Shown: positions 47,360-57,418, numbered from the stretch's first letter. The stretch is DNA of 64,000 nt from an uncultured Pseudomonadales bacterium (GCA_964618725.1 CAZUBK010000001.1:132908-196907), one strand, 5' to 3'. A program made the numbers and translations. The notes: generated by a model from the sequence alone, not told the origin.

Positions 47360-48265
47360 ATGGAGAAAGTTTTTGTTGTCATACCAGTTTTCAACCGACT
47401 TAAATACACCAAAGAATGCTTGGATAGTGTTTTTGAGCAAAAGTATAAGAATTTTAAAGTAATACTGATTGATTCTGCTTCCACCGACGGAACCTTATCT
47501 TATGTGAGAAGAAAGTATCCCAAAGTAACCATAATTGAAGGAAGGTCTGACTGGTGGTGGACCAGGGCTACATGCGAAGGGATTAAAAAGGCCCTGCGTG
47601 AAGCAAAAGCCTCGGATTACATATTGGCTCTTAATAATGATTGTTTTGTTGATCCTTCATATTTGAATCGGATACTTGCAACTGCTCGAAACAATAAAGA
47701 TTCAATCGTGGGATCTTTGTGTGTAGAAGCAAAAAATCGGAACAGTGTAGTTGAAGCCGGGATAAAATTGGACTGGAAAAAAGGACAAGTGATTCCACTA
47801 ACGCAGAAATACGGCACTGATAGAAAAAAATACCGAGGAGCGGGTTTGATTACAAATAGTGATGCACTACCAGGTAAGGGAACATTGATTCCAGCCAGGG
47901 TAATCCTGAAACTTGGAGGCTTTAATTATCGGAGGCTTCCTCACTATCTTGCTGATTATGAATTTACAAATAGAGCTAAAAAGAAGGGCTATAAACTTAT
48001 TGTTGATCCCAAGGCCGTTGTTTACCATCATTGGGAGGCAACAGGCAATGGATTTAGTCTTAGCCGGAATCGCTATAGCTATAAGGAGGCATATGAACTA
48101 GTGTTTGGGAGAAAATCGATGAATAATCTAATTGATTGGATAAACTTTGTTTTGTTAGTATGCCCCCCCTCTTTGCATAGGCACAATTTTAAGCTTTTAC
48201 TAGCTAGACTGTTTACAGGACTGGGGACACTATCTCCTTTTTATTATGTATTTCGTCATTCTTAA
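47360..48265 (+). CDS. GT2 glycosyltransferase
   Basis: VIPVFNR, DSASTDGT, WWT, LNND, PHYLADYEF; ATG 47360 preferred over TTG 47336. Confidence 0.88.
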   Translation: MEKVFVVIPVFNRLKYTKECLDSVFEQKYKNFKVILIDSASTDGTLSYVRRKYPKVTIIEGRSDWWWTRATCEGIKKALREAKASDYILALNNDCFVDPSYLNRILATARNNKDSIVGSLCVEAKNRNSVVEAGIKLDWKKGQVIPLTQKYGTDRKKYRGAGLITNSDALPGKGTLIPARVILKLGGFNYRRLPHYLADYEFTNRAKKKGYKLIVDPKAVVYHHWEATGNGFSLSRNRYSYKEAYELVFGRKSMNNLIDWINFVLLVCPPSLHRHNFKLLLARLFTGLGTLSPFYYVFRHS

Positions 48266-48271
48266 AATTAT

Positions 48272-50074
48272 ATGTGTGGCATAGTTGGTAGTGTTTCACT
48301 AGGAAAAGCTAACGTAAGTACAGAATGGGTCAAAAGTATGCAGAATCAAATTCACCACCGAGGACCAGACGGTGAAGGATTTTGGCGAGATGCCCAAGTC
48401 GCTCTTGCGATGAAACGGTTATCAATCATTGACGTGGAGGGTGGCGGCCAGCCACTTTTCAATGAAGATGAAAGCCTGATCGTTGTGGGCAATGGTGAGA
48501 TCTATAACTATGTCGAGCTCAACCGATCACTTAGAAGAAAAGGTCATCGGTTAAAGACAGGAAGTGACATAGAGACGATAGTGCATTTGTATGAGGAGTA
48601 TGGACTAGGCTTTTTGAAAAAACTGAGAGGAATGTTTGCCATAGCTCTTTATGACAAAAGGCGAGGGAAAATCATCCTGGCTAGAGATAGAATGGGAGAA
48701 AAGCCGCTTTACTATGCCAGGCTTGAGGATAGAATTGTGTTTGCTTCGGAAATGAAGGCATTACTTAATCACCCAAGAATATCGAGGCGGCTGAACAACC
48801 GAGCGATAGATGATTTCTTCCACTATTACTTTGTCCCCGAACCCGGTACCTTATTTGTCGATGTCAAGAAACTGGCACCGGGAGGTTATCTAGAAGTAGA
48901 TCTGAAGGAGCAATCGTTAACTGAGGGAAGATACTGGAGTCCTAACTCAATTGAACCAGACGAAAGGGGACGCAAGGAGACAATACAAGAAATCAGAGAC
49001 AGATTTTTCGAGGCGTGTAAATTGACATTTCGTTCTGATGTGCCTGTCGGCGTATCTTTGTCTGGCGGACTAGATTCGAGCGCTATCTTAGCGGTGATGG
49101 CTAGAGAATACAAAAATAGTCTCAAGGCGTTCTCGATTGGATATAAGGACAGCTCAGCTTCGGATGAGAGAAAACAAGCACGGTACTTGGCTGAGAAACT
49201 AGATATTGAGTTTATTGAGGGAGAGATAGATACCAAGGAAATGATTGATGGTTTTCCACAACTGATTTTCGATATGGATGACCCGATAGCGGATATTGCG
49301 GCTCACCCTATCCGAGCTGTGTCTCGCTTAGCTAAGAAGAATGGTATTTCTGTATTGCTTGGAGGAATTGGGGGAGATGAACTTTTCTGGGGGTATTCTT
49401 GGACTCAGAAAGCAGTGCAACGAATGATTGAACGCGGAGGGAACAAAATACCCGATTTCTATGCACAGACGCCTGGGTTTGTTTGGGCTGAGAGATTGGC
49501 AAAGAAGCTGTATCCAAAAGAATTTGCCGATAGTTTACCAAGAGATTCGGCATACCGATTCTTGGAATCCGAGTTGTCTGCGGGAAAACTGAAGTTGGCA
49601 AGACATGGGCTGGATTTGGTTCGAGATCTTTGGCTAAAATCTAACTGCCTGGTACTGTCAGATCGACTGAGCATGTCAGCTTCAGTTGAGTTAAGATCCC
49701 CCTTCTTGGATTATCGCTTGGTGGAATCAGTACTAGCAAACAAACAAGTTGTACTAGGTTTCCAGAGGCCTCCAAAATATTGGTTTAAGTTGGCTATGAA
49801 AGGGATACTTCCGGATGAAATACTAAACCGACCGAAGAAGGGATTCACTCCACCAGTCGGGAAGTGGCTGTATGGCCTGATCAGAAAATACCTCTCTTTA
49901 CTTGATGATGGGTTCTTGGTTAACCAAGGGGTTATTAATCGTGGAAATCTAGGAATCTTGACCAAAGCCTGGCCTCTTTTGCCAAGGGGGTGGTACACGG
50001 TCTACCAATTAATACTACTCGAGATTTGGGGGAGGGAGTTCGTCGAGGGAGTCAAGCCGTCTGACATTGGATAG
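48272..50074 (+). CDS. asnB: asparagine synthase family amidotransferase, copy 2
   Basis: MCGI, HRGPD, RLSIID, NGEIYN, ARDRMGEKPL, LSGGLDSS, GGDE. Confidence 0.92.
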   Translation: MCGIVGSVSLGKANVSTEWVKSMQNQIHHRGPDGEGFWRDAQVALAMKRLSIIDVEGGGQPLFNEDESLIVVGNGEIYNYVELNRSLRRKGHRLKTGSDIETIVHLYEEYGLGFLKKLRGMFAIALYDKRRGKIILARDRMGEKPLYYARLEDRIVFASEMKALLNHPRISRRLNNRAIDDFFHYYFVPEPGTLFVDVKKLAPGGYLEVDLKEQSLTEGRYWSPNSIEPDERGRKETIQEIRDRFFEACKLTFRSDVPVGVSLSGGLDSSAILAVMAREYKNSLKAFSIGYKDSSASDERKQARYLAEKLDIEFIEGEIDTKEMIDGFPQLIFDMDDPIADIAAHPIRAVSRLAKKNGISVLLGGIGGDELFWGYSWTQKAVQRMIERGGNKIPDFYAQTPGFVWAERLAKKLYPKEFADSLPRDSAYRFLESELSAGKLKLARHGLDLVRDLWLKSNCLVLSDRLSMSASVELRSPFLDYRLVESVLANKQVVLGFQRPPKYWFKLAMKGILPDEILNRPKKGFTPPVGKWLYGLIRKYLSLLDDGFLVNQGVINRGNLGILTKAWPLLPRGWYTVYQLILLEIWGREFVEGVKPSDIG

Positions 50075-51328
50075 ATAGATTTTTCGTTTAAGTCCGCCTA
50101 GAAATTTGATGTTGATAAAGACAAGAAAAAAGGTATTGGCGAGAAGGGCGGAGATGGCTGGCCCAAGGGAGCCGAATTGGGGAATAAAGTAGAGATTCAG
50201 GGAGAGAAGCAAAAGAAGCTGGAGGATTTGAGCATGGGCAACAAAATGAGGAAGATTAAAGGTGAAGATAAGGGCATTGCTGGTGATAATGGCGTATGAG
50301 GCAGGGATGATCGAGAGAACAATTAGCTTAAAGACTGAGACAGCCCCAGAGTAGCTTGGACCGTAAATCAGTTCGATAATAAGGGGGGAGACAAAAAAGA
50401 GACTAATTAGAACTAAGTTGATAAGACTAATTAGAATAACTAGCTTGGACATATACTGTCTTAATCTCTTCACACTAGAAAAACTGGAGAAACGAGGAGC
50501 AACGACACTATTTATGGTGGCAAACAGAAGGTTAAATACGAGAGAAACTCGGTTAGCCGCCGCCAAAAGACCCGCCTGATAGGAATCACTCAGGGAGGCG
50601 ACCAAAAGAATATCTATTTTTGATAAGGCGATGGTTAGAATTTCGATAATGGCACCCCATTTAGCAAAAGTAAAAAGTGTCTTAATTAGTTTCCGATCAA
50701 TGGAAAACTGGAACTCCTTGACGCCAATAAAAAGTCCAAGGATGCCTGTTAGCAACGAAGCTATCAGAGAAAAACGAAGAATGTTAATGACAGACAATGA
50801 GTGGAAAAGGAAATAGAGCGCAAAAACAAAAGCAAGTTTTATGAGGGAATCTAAAACTTGAATGAGAGCAACGGCGGCGAAATGACTTTGAGCTTTAAGG
50901 ACCTTCTGACTAAAGCCATTAAGGATGAAGGCCATGATGAGGCAGGCGGCAATTACCCCTTTGTCAAAATTGATATCGGGTAGATAACGTGACCAAAATG
51001 GGTGGAGAAGAATGATAGAGGAGCCCACTATACCAGCGATCAGAAGCTGGAAAAGGAGAGTCAAACCAATTAGCTTGTTCTTTTTGGTTCCAGATTTAGG
51101 TAAAAAATTGATCAGGGAACTAGCGGTGCCCAGGTCTGCCAGACTGGCAATAATGACGGCGGTTGTAGTGATAACAGAGTAAATGCCAAATTTGACCGGA
51201 GACAGAAAACGGGCAACAAAAATTGTAAATAGAATACCAAGGACGACGGTAAAAAAGTTTCCTGTTAGGGCGGTCAGGGTATGCCTTGAAGTTTTACTAT
51301 TGAGAAGAGTTACGAATAATTTCCTCAT
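50015..51328 (-). CDS. Wzx-type oligosaccharide flippase, copy 2
   Basis: About 12 TM segments; paralogous to 46060-47301 (SLADLG..SLINFLPK; SVVAPRFS). Confidence 0.85.
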   Translation of the reverse strand: MRKLFVTLLNSKTSRHTLTALTGNFFTVVLGILFTIFVARFLSPVKFGIYSVITTTAVIIASLADLGTASSLINFLPKSGTKKNKLIGLTLLFQLLIAGIVGSSIILLHPFWSRYLPDINFDKGVIAACLIMAFILNGFSQKVLKAQSHFAAVALIQVLDSLIKLAFVFALYFLFHSLSVINILRFSLIASLLTGILGLFIGVKEFQFSIDRKLIKTLFTFAKWGAIIEILTIALSKIDILLVASLSDSYQAGLLAAANRVSLVFNLLFATINSVVAPRFSSFSSVKRLRQYMSKLVILISLINLVLISLFFVSPLIIELIYGPSYSGAVSVFKLIVLSIIPASYAIITSNALIFTFNLPHFVAHAQILQLLLLLSLNLYFIPQFGSLGPAISALLANTFFLVFINIKFLGGLKRKIYLSNVRRLDSLDELPPPNLE

Positions 51329-52818
51329 ATTTGGCTTCTTAGAATAACACCTCTAATTTCCTGTCGTTCGTAGTTATCTTCCGGATTGATGACGAAGGAG
51401 CTTTCGATGGTGAAGTACTTTGCAAGATATGGATGGGTTAGTTTATCTTTGTCTTGAAGAACTGAGTTCCAGACTCCGAGGCTAAAGTCGTTGTCCGATG
51501 CCAGATAGTTGGTAATAACGATGTAATCGATTTCTTCTTCGAAACCTTTCATGTTATTGGGGTCGAGGGGGAACCACATGGTAGTCAAGCCCTCATACCA
51601 GGCAGCCCAGGCATCGAGATTGGTAATAGTAAGTTTGCCAACTGGAATGTTTTCCGCCATCTTAGCAGCAATTAGTCGACGAACGGGAGGCTTATCTATA
51701 TTGTAGATCTGTTGACGAAAACGCCAGTCAATTGTCCAGGAACCCAAAACGGGAAAAATAACGAACAAGAACAAAATGATTCGGGCCAATTGTTGACGCT
51801 TTACTGGTTTGAAAATCACTTCCTCAAAACAACAAGCGGCTGAAATACCAATGAGTGGGAGGAGGGGGTGGATGTAACGGGCGTTTGGTAGGGTTGCTGA
51901 GGCAGCTAAAAGAAAAACTAGGAATAGGAGGAGAGTAAATTGAAAAACGAGCTTTTGTTGCGGCTTACTTGATAAGAACAAAAAGAAGGTAAAGAAGAAC
52001 AAAATAATAGGGTGAATAATGCGCTGTGGATCTTTGGCGAAGTTGTATAAATTGTAAAAAGTTTTGGAAAGGATTTGTTTGCTTGACAATTCTGTTACCG
52101 CTTCACCGCGTAAATAAGATCCTTGAGCAGAAGAGGGAGGCAAATACAAAGCGCCGACTATTTTCCCAGGGGAAAAGAATTCGTTTGAATAGTTTTTAGT
52201 GATATAGAGGAGAGAAGCCAAGAGAAGAAGAGTCATTACAATAAAGGGGGTACGGAATTTAGCTTCTCCCCTGGAAAAAAAGACCCGGAAAGACAAATAG
52301 ACTAATAGAGCAAGAAGGACTAGAACCCCTTGTTGCCTGGTGAAGAATAGTAGAAAGAGGGTAGGGGGGATGAAGACAAAACGAATTGGATTGGACCATA
52401 TGAGAAAGCGCACAAGTAATAAAAGTAGGGTGGTAAAAACTATTTCCGAGCTATAGTTTATAGCATAAGAGAGGAAGAACGGATTAAAGACAAAAAGAAT
52501 GCAGGCTACTACCGCTACAGTGGTGGAATGAATCTGCTTACTGATTGAATACACCAGATAGAGACAGATCAGTCCAAAAAGTATTCCAACCATTGCGACA
52601 GTTGTATCAACGATTGGCAAAAAGCGAAAAAACTGAGCAAGTATGGCGACAGGCAAGGGAGGTAACTGAGCGGGAAAGAGAGCACCAGACGAATAATGAC
52701 TCAACCGGGCTGGGTCAAAGAAACTATGGGTGATCTCAAGCTGACCGCTAAAGAGATATGTCTTGGCGGCTTGGGCAAGCTTGGCGGAATCGGAAAGGGA
52801 TAAGAAGAAATTAAACAC
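51325..52818 (-). CDS. GT-C (ArnT/PMT-like) membrane glycosyltransferase
   Basis: SDSAK acidic loop, PPL, SSE, RY..P motifs; multi-TM; GTG start. Confidence 0.7.
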   Translation of the reverse strand: MFNFFLSLSDSAKLAQAAKTYLFSGQLEITHSFFDPARLSHYSSGALFPAQLPPLPVAILAQFFRFLPIVDTTVAMVGILFGLICLYLVYSISKQIHSTTVAVVACILFVFNPFFLSYAINYSSEIVFTTLLLLLVRFLIWSNPIRFVFIPPTLFLLFFTRQQGVLVLLALLVYLSFRVFFSRGEAKFRTPFIVMTLLLLASLLYITKNYSNEFFSPGKIVGALYLPPSSAQGSYLRGEAVTELSSKQILSKTFYNLYNFAKDPQRIIHPIILFFFTFFLFLSSKPQQKLVFQFTLLLFLVFLLAASATLPNARYIHPLLPLIGISAACCFEEVIFKPVKRQQLARIILFLFVIFPVLGSWTIDWRFRQQIYNIDKPPVRRLIAAKMAENIPVGKLTITNLDAWAAWYEGLTTMWFPLDPNNMKGFEEEIDYIVITNYLASDNDFSLGVWNSVLQDKDKLTHPYLAKYFTIESSFVINPEDNYERQEIRGVILRSQI

Positions 52819-52836
52819 TGATAGAATTTAGCATAC

Positions 52837-53955
52837 TTAGACTCGGGAGGCTAAATGGATTGAGTGAATGGCTCTGGCAGTAGTAATGATTTGACTCGTG
52901 GTTAAGCGCAAGCCAGAGGGTAGATAGAGTCCTTGAGAGGAAATAAGATCACACTTGGGAAAGTCCTTAGTAGTAAGGTAGGGAGCCAAAATGGGTTGCA
53001 TGGTTGGGGGATAGAAAAAATCGCGGGTATCAATACCTAGGTTTTTTAGCTTGTAACGTAGCTCATCCCTGGAGATACCAAACTTGGATTCATCAACCCT
53101 AATGGCATACATCCAATACACATTCTTGGCATATGATGCAGTTACTGGAAGAAAGAGCCCGGCGATATCTTTAAGATACTTATGATAAAGCTTGACCATT
53201 TTAAGTTTCTTCTGAATATATTGGTCAATATGTGAAAGTTCGCCAAGACCAATGGCGGCCTGAAGATTAGTTATACGATAGTTGAAGCCGATTTTTTCGT
53301 GGACAAATCGCTTGGCATCAGAATGATACAAATCGCGAAGTTTTCTGGCCTCTTTGGCAAGAGAGTCATTGTTGCAAACGACCATCCCCCCCTCGCCCGT
53401 AGTAATGATTTTGTTTGCATAGAAGCTGAAACAAGAGATATCACCGAAAGTGCCACATTTCTTTCCCCGATACTGTGCCCCGTGGGCTTCGGCAGCGTCT
53501 TCGACAACAAATAACCCATGTCTTTTGGCGATTTCCAGAATCGGATCGAGATCAGCGGGGTGTCCGTATATATGGACGGGGAGAATAGCCTTGGTTTTTG
53601 CAGTGATGGCTTTTTCAATTAATGAGACATCTATATTGTAGGTCTCAAGCTCACAATCAATGAAAACGGGGGTAGCGCCGACATAAAGAACTGCTAGCCA
53701 AGTGGCGGCCATGGTAAAGGCCGGGACGATTACTTCATCGCCTGGACCTATGCCCAAAGAGAGAAGAGCGACGTGGAGAGCAGCGGTACCATTACTGACG
53801 GAAATAGCATGTTGGACGCCTAGGTAGTCGGCGAAGGCTTGTTCAAACTGAGCTACAAAAGGACCAGCCGAAGAAAGCCAACCAGAGCTAAGTGCTTGGC
53901 GGACATTCCTTTTTGCTTCTTTAGAAAGAACTGGTTCATTTACTGGAATATTCAT
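52837..53955 (-). CDS. DegT/DnrJ/EryC1/StrS aminotransferase (perosamine synthase-like)
   Basis: SNGTAALH, PVHIYG, EDAAEAHG, FSFYANKIITTGEGG; start moved to MNIPVNEP. Confidence 0.93.
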   Translation of the reverse strand: MNIPVNEPVLSKEAKRNVRQALSSGWLSSAGPFVAQFEQAFADYLGVQHAISVSNGTAALHVALLSLGIGPGDEVIVPAFTMAATWLAVLYVGATPVFIDCELETYNIDVSLIEKAITAKTKAILPVHIYGHPADLDPILEIAKRHGLFVVEDAAEAHGAQYRGKKCGTFGDISCFSFYANKIITTGEGGMVVCNNDSLAKEARKLRDLYHSDAKRFVHEKIGFNYRITNLQAAIGLGELSHIDQYIQKKLKMVKLYHKYLKDIAGLFLPVTASYAKNVYWMYAIRVDESKFGISRDELRYKLKNLGIDTRDFFYPPTMQPILAPYLTTKDFPKCDLISSQGLYLPSGLRLTTSQIITTARAIHSIHLASRV

Positions 53956-54448
53956 CTTGCCTAGGTGTGTGATTATGGTAAATATCTGTTTGTTGATTAG
54001 ATGTTGATCTTTGCTGGATGGGTGGATAGTTGCCTGCTTGTATATCACGGAAAATCTTGGCGTTTTGATCGCCGGGGTATGGTCCTTGTTTGATCTCGAT
54101 GATTCGACAGTCTTCAACGACTTCGAGGCCGTGTCCACCACTAACTAATAGGACAAAGTCTCCAGCAGAGAGAATAAATTCGCCCAGCTCTTCCCATTCA
54201 TTGGAGAATAATTTTATTTTGACTTGGCCCTTTTCTATGTAGAGAAATTCTTGGGTAGTATCAACTTGATACTGGATGTCTTGACGGTGAATATGATCTT
54301 TGACGATTTTGCCGGATGGGTGCTCGATTAAACCCAATTGAAGAGTATAGCTGTCTGGGGAAAGGAACTTAACACCCTCGGCCTTAATTTCGTGAGAGAA
54401 AATATGGGCAATAATTTGGTCTTTGTATTTGACTATTCCAGTAGTCAT
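53936..54448 (-). CDS. cupin-fold (WbuC-like) protein
   Basis: HIH....TQEFL...G, GGHG, EIKQGPY. Confidence 0.75.
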   Translation of the reverse strand: MTTGIVKYKDQIIAHIFSHEIKAEGVKFLSPDSYTLQLGLIEHPSGKIVKDHIHRQDIQYQVDTTQEFLYIEKGQVKIKLFSNEWEELGEFILSAGDFVLLVSGGHGLEVVEDCRIIEIKQGPYPGDQNAKIFRDIQAGNYPPIQQRSTSNQQTDIYHNHTPRQDEYSSK

Positions 54449-54543
54449 GTCGGGTTGATTGTAGCATGATATAATCGTGGCTGATCAGATGGATTTACAA
54501 CTCTTCTGGTAGTCTCGTACTTTAAATCAAAAGGAGAAATTTA

Positions 54544-55239
54544 ATGAGAATCTGGGAACAGTTTCCCGGCGTATTTCTAGCCGTTAAACAGGATCACAAT
54601 GAAGTTGGTCTTGTCAGTCATCATGACTTTGTACACGCTGCTCGTGTGGGGGAGATTGCCTATCAAATAGCGTTGAATGAATGGGGAAATGAACGAATGG
54701 CACAATTAGCTGGGATTTCGGGATTGTGCCACAATTCGGACCGAATCATTCAAGCAAAATTGAATTTGGAACGTAAAGATCCCTCGCCTGCAGAGGTATC
54801 TTCTCTTATCTTTTCGCAGTTGGGTACGGACTTTACGTTGGCAGAAAGAGATTTAATTATTGAGGCAGTACTGAAACATGAAGATTTAAATTCAATTAAT
54901 GATTCACCTATTCTCATCTCTTTAATGGATGCTGATCGAGTTGTGAATTTGGATATCGATCTTTTCCCTCGTAGTGGACAGTATTATTCGGATCTGCCAG
55001 TTGTGGACTATCTACACTTTCTTAATGATCCGAAAGCCACTTATCGAGATCCCAAGACGGTCTTGCGCGATATTGCATACTCGCTTGATTGGGTGAACCC
55101 AAATTCAGCTGTTTGTATTCGCACTGTTTTAGGCCAAAGGATGGCGCTTCGACGCACCGAAATCTTTAGGGTTTTTTTTGAGGCCTTGAAATCTCAACTT
55201 GAAGAAGAAGGTGTAAAACCGTACCCTTTTGGTGATTAA
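54544..55239 (+). CDS. HD-superfamily protein with HN in place of HD
   Basis: HDFVHAARV, GLCHNSDR, KHED, DADR; AAAGGAG Shine-Dalgarno; TGaTATAAT at 54467-54475. Confidence 0.7.
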   Translation: MRIWEQFPGVFLAVKQDHNEVGLVSHHDFVHAARVGEIAYQIALNEWGNERMAQLAGISGLCHNSDRIIQAKLNLERKDPSPAEVSSLIFSQLGTDFTLAERDLIIEAVLKHEDLNSINDSPILISLMDADRVVNLDIDLFPRSGQYYSDLPVVDYLHFLNDPKATYRDPKTVLRDIAYSLDWVNPNSAVCIRTVLGQRMALRRTEIFRVFFEALKSQLEEEGVKPYPFGD

Positions 55240-55250
55240 GAGAATAAAAG

Positions 55251-55281
55251 AAGCCCTATGACGACATGGGGCTTTTATTTT
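55251..55281. terminator. bidirectional terminator between the HD gene and GT4
   Basis: AAGCCCTATG-acga-CATGGGGCTT flanked by A and T tracts. Confidence 0.7.
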
Positions 55282-56510
55282 TGATTGAAATCAGCAATTG
55301 TTTCCTTGAGCTTTACAGAGAAGTCACTTGGTGTCCAACGTCTGAGACGACGATATCCCCGATTAATTAGGGTGCGTCTAAGCTTTTCGTCTTTGTATAT
55401 TTTTTTGATCTGTTTGGCAATGGCGGATGGGCTCTTGGGATCAATAAGTAGACCGGCATCGCCTAATTGGTCTCTGGGACCGCGGATGTCGGAATATATC
55501 ACCGGCGTACCCATTAGCCAGGCTTCATAAACAGGTATATTAGTAGGTCCCAAAAAGGTAGGCATTACCAATGCTAGTGCCTTTTTATAGACGACTGAGA
55601 GTTCAGAGCCGCTAAGATAGCCTAAGAAATGGACTTTCTCGGATAATTTTTGTTTCTTTATTTCCTCTGCTACTCGTGGGTAAGAGGAGAAGTCGGCATC
55701 TTTTGTGCCACTGAGAACAAGGTGCAATTTTGTTAGTCCTTGCTTTTTGAGAATACCGATGGCTTTCACTAAATTAAGATGATTCTTGTGGGGCCAAAAT
55801 TTTGCTCCATAGAAGATATAGTCTTTAGGTAGGTTAAATTTGGCAGATACAGACTTGATTAACGAAATCGATGGTTTTGGTTCCAGATAGGAAGGTGGAA
55901 GAAAAGGCAATATTACCAATTTCTGAGACGGAACTTTGTAAAAACGAATTAAGTCTTCTTTACCTGTTTGAGAATCGACCAAAATCCTGAAAGCTCTGGG
56001 GGTAATTTGGGAATATAGATATTCACGATGTTCCCAGATTCCTTTAGCGGTAATTTCTTTGAACTTAGGTCTGGTCCTATGCTCGATGTCATGAATGGCG
56101 ACTATGGTAGGAATGTCAGTCAGAATAGATATGCCAGTAGCAACGGGCTCCAGAATTAAATCGGGTTTTAGCTTCCTGAGTAACTTGATGGTAGAGAAAT
56201 GATTTATCTTAAAAACTACTGTTAATAGAGGATGTAAGAAGCGATGGAGGTCTCTGCCAATGACTTGTGGGAGAATCCGAAAGATCAAGTAATCTGAAAT
56301 AAGACCTAGTCTATTAACTAAAGACTTGTTGTCAGGAGGGATAAGCTTAAACTGTTTACTGTGTATAAATTGGGAAGGAATTTGAGCCTTGTCAGCGATA
56401 ATGTAGTAATGATGACCGGGAATTGTTGTCAGAGTCTCCAAGAATGAGACAGAGTATTGATACACTCCCCCCTGATTGGGACTAGCAGTAAAGTTGACGG
56501 CGATTTTCAT
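55275..56510 (-). CDS. GT4 glycosyltransferase
   Basis: GGVYQY, IHD, FWPHKNH, PTFLGPTNIPVYEA. Confidence 0.9.
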   Translation of the reverse strand: MKIAVNFTASPNQGGVYQYSVSFLETLTTIPGHHYYIIADKAQIPSQFIHSKQFKLIPPDNKSLVNRLGLISDYLIFRILPQVIGRDLHRFLHPLLTVVFKINHFSTIKLLRKLKPDLILEPVATGISILTDIPTIVAIHDIEHRTRPKFKEITAKGIWEHREYLYSQITPRAFRILVDSQTGKEDLIRFYKVPSQKLVILPFLPPSYLEPKPSISLIKSVSAKFNLPKDYIFYGAKFWPHKNHLNLVKAIGILKKQGLTKLHLVLSGTKDADFSSYPRVAEEIKKQKLSEKVHFLGYLSGSELSVVYKKALALVMPTFLGPTNIPVYEAWLMGTPVIYSDIRGPRDQLGDAGLLIDPKSPSAIAKQIKKIYKDEKLRRTLINRGYRRLRRWTPSDFSVKLKETIADFNQK

Positions 56511-57418
56511 AAGTCGTTTATTTTTGTCTTTCTGTTTGTTTTAGTATTTTGGACAAGTTGATATCCAATTAGGTTTATTGCTTCAGCTCTTGAAAGGTAG
56601 CTTAGTTTATCAGATTGATCTCTCGACTCCCTATACTTTGAGACAGTGAAGCCTTCCTTCAGTGTTTTAGGCTTTAGGCGGTTCAGGCGATCGGTTCGAA
56701 CAAAGTAGGCGTTGTTACCGGCGGAATTTGTGCCCATAAAGGAATAACCATGCCTTTTAGCTAGTAAGTATATAGCTTTAAGAGAACTACCCCAGAAAAG
56801 GTTGGAGTAGTGGGCCTTGGTGCGATAAAAATCTTTTTTGTAGGGAATGGTAATAGGGTGGTCAATACCAAAAAGGGAGTTGTACTCAATAATGAAAATA
56901 ATAGGTTTCAGAACAATTAGTTTTTCCATAATCCAGTAATCATTGCCGTCGATATCGAGACTGAGCAGACCGAGTTGACTATTGAATCCGTCTTTCCTAA
57001 GGTGTTTGAGAATATTTTTTCGGGTAACAAAGAGAGGTGTCGCAGTAATATCGTATTGCCAGTAGTATGGCTGTCTTTTTACCTTGTTCATGTTCTTTGG
57101 ACTGCCGTCAATGATGAGGCCGCTCCAATTGTTGTTCATGAGGAGAAAGCGGGTATTGGCTTCTTGATAGTCTTCAACTCCGATTTCGATGAAACGTTTC
57201 TCGGAAGGAAGAAGCGAAATGTTTCTGATCAAGTACTGAATGATTCCATCATCACCAAATTGGGAATAGACTTTAAATTCGGCTTGGTGAAGAGTGTGAA
57301 AATTGTTGATCGATTGTTGTTGGTTAATTAGAACTTTTGCCATCAGATGGAGATATCGGTCATCTGTCGGATGTAGATATGAAGATAAGCGGGTGAGAAG
57401 TAGATGAAGGATGCTCAT
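56507..57418 (-). CDS. FkbM-like methyltransferase-fold protein
   Basis: YSQFGDDGII, FIEIGV, W.GLIIDG, LSLDIDGNDYW, IEYN; start moved to ATG 57418, overlapping the upstream stop. Confidence 0.65.
   Translation of the reverse strand: MSILHLLLTRLSSYLHPTDDRYLHLMAKVLINQQQSINNFHTLHQAEFKVYSQFGDDGIIQYLIRNISLLPSEKRFIEIGVEDYQEANTRFLLMNNNWSGLIIDGSPKNMNKVKRQPYYWQYDITATPLFVTRKNILKHLRKDGFNSQLGLLSLDIDGNDYWIMEKLIVLKPIIFIIEYNSLFGIDHPITIPYKKDFYRTKAHYSNLFWGSSLKAIYLLAKRHGYSFMGTNSAGNNAYFVRTDRLNRLKPKTLKEGFTVSKYRESRDQSDKLSYLSRAEAINLIGYQLVQNTKTNRKTKINDL

Noticed and set aside
53956-54141. 62-aa N-terminal extension of DegT in the ORF track
   Set aside because: It overlaps the cupin gene, and the family-typical start MNIPVNEP is at 53955
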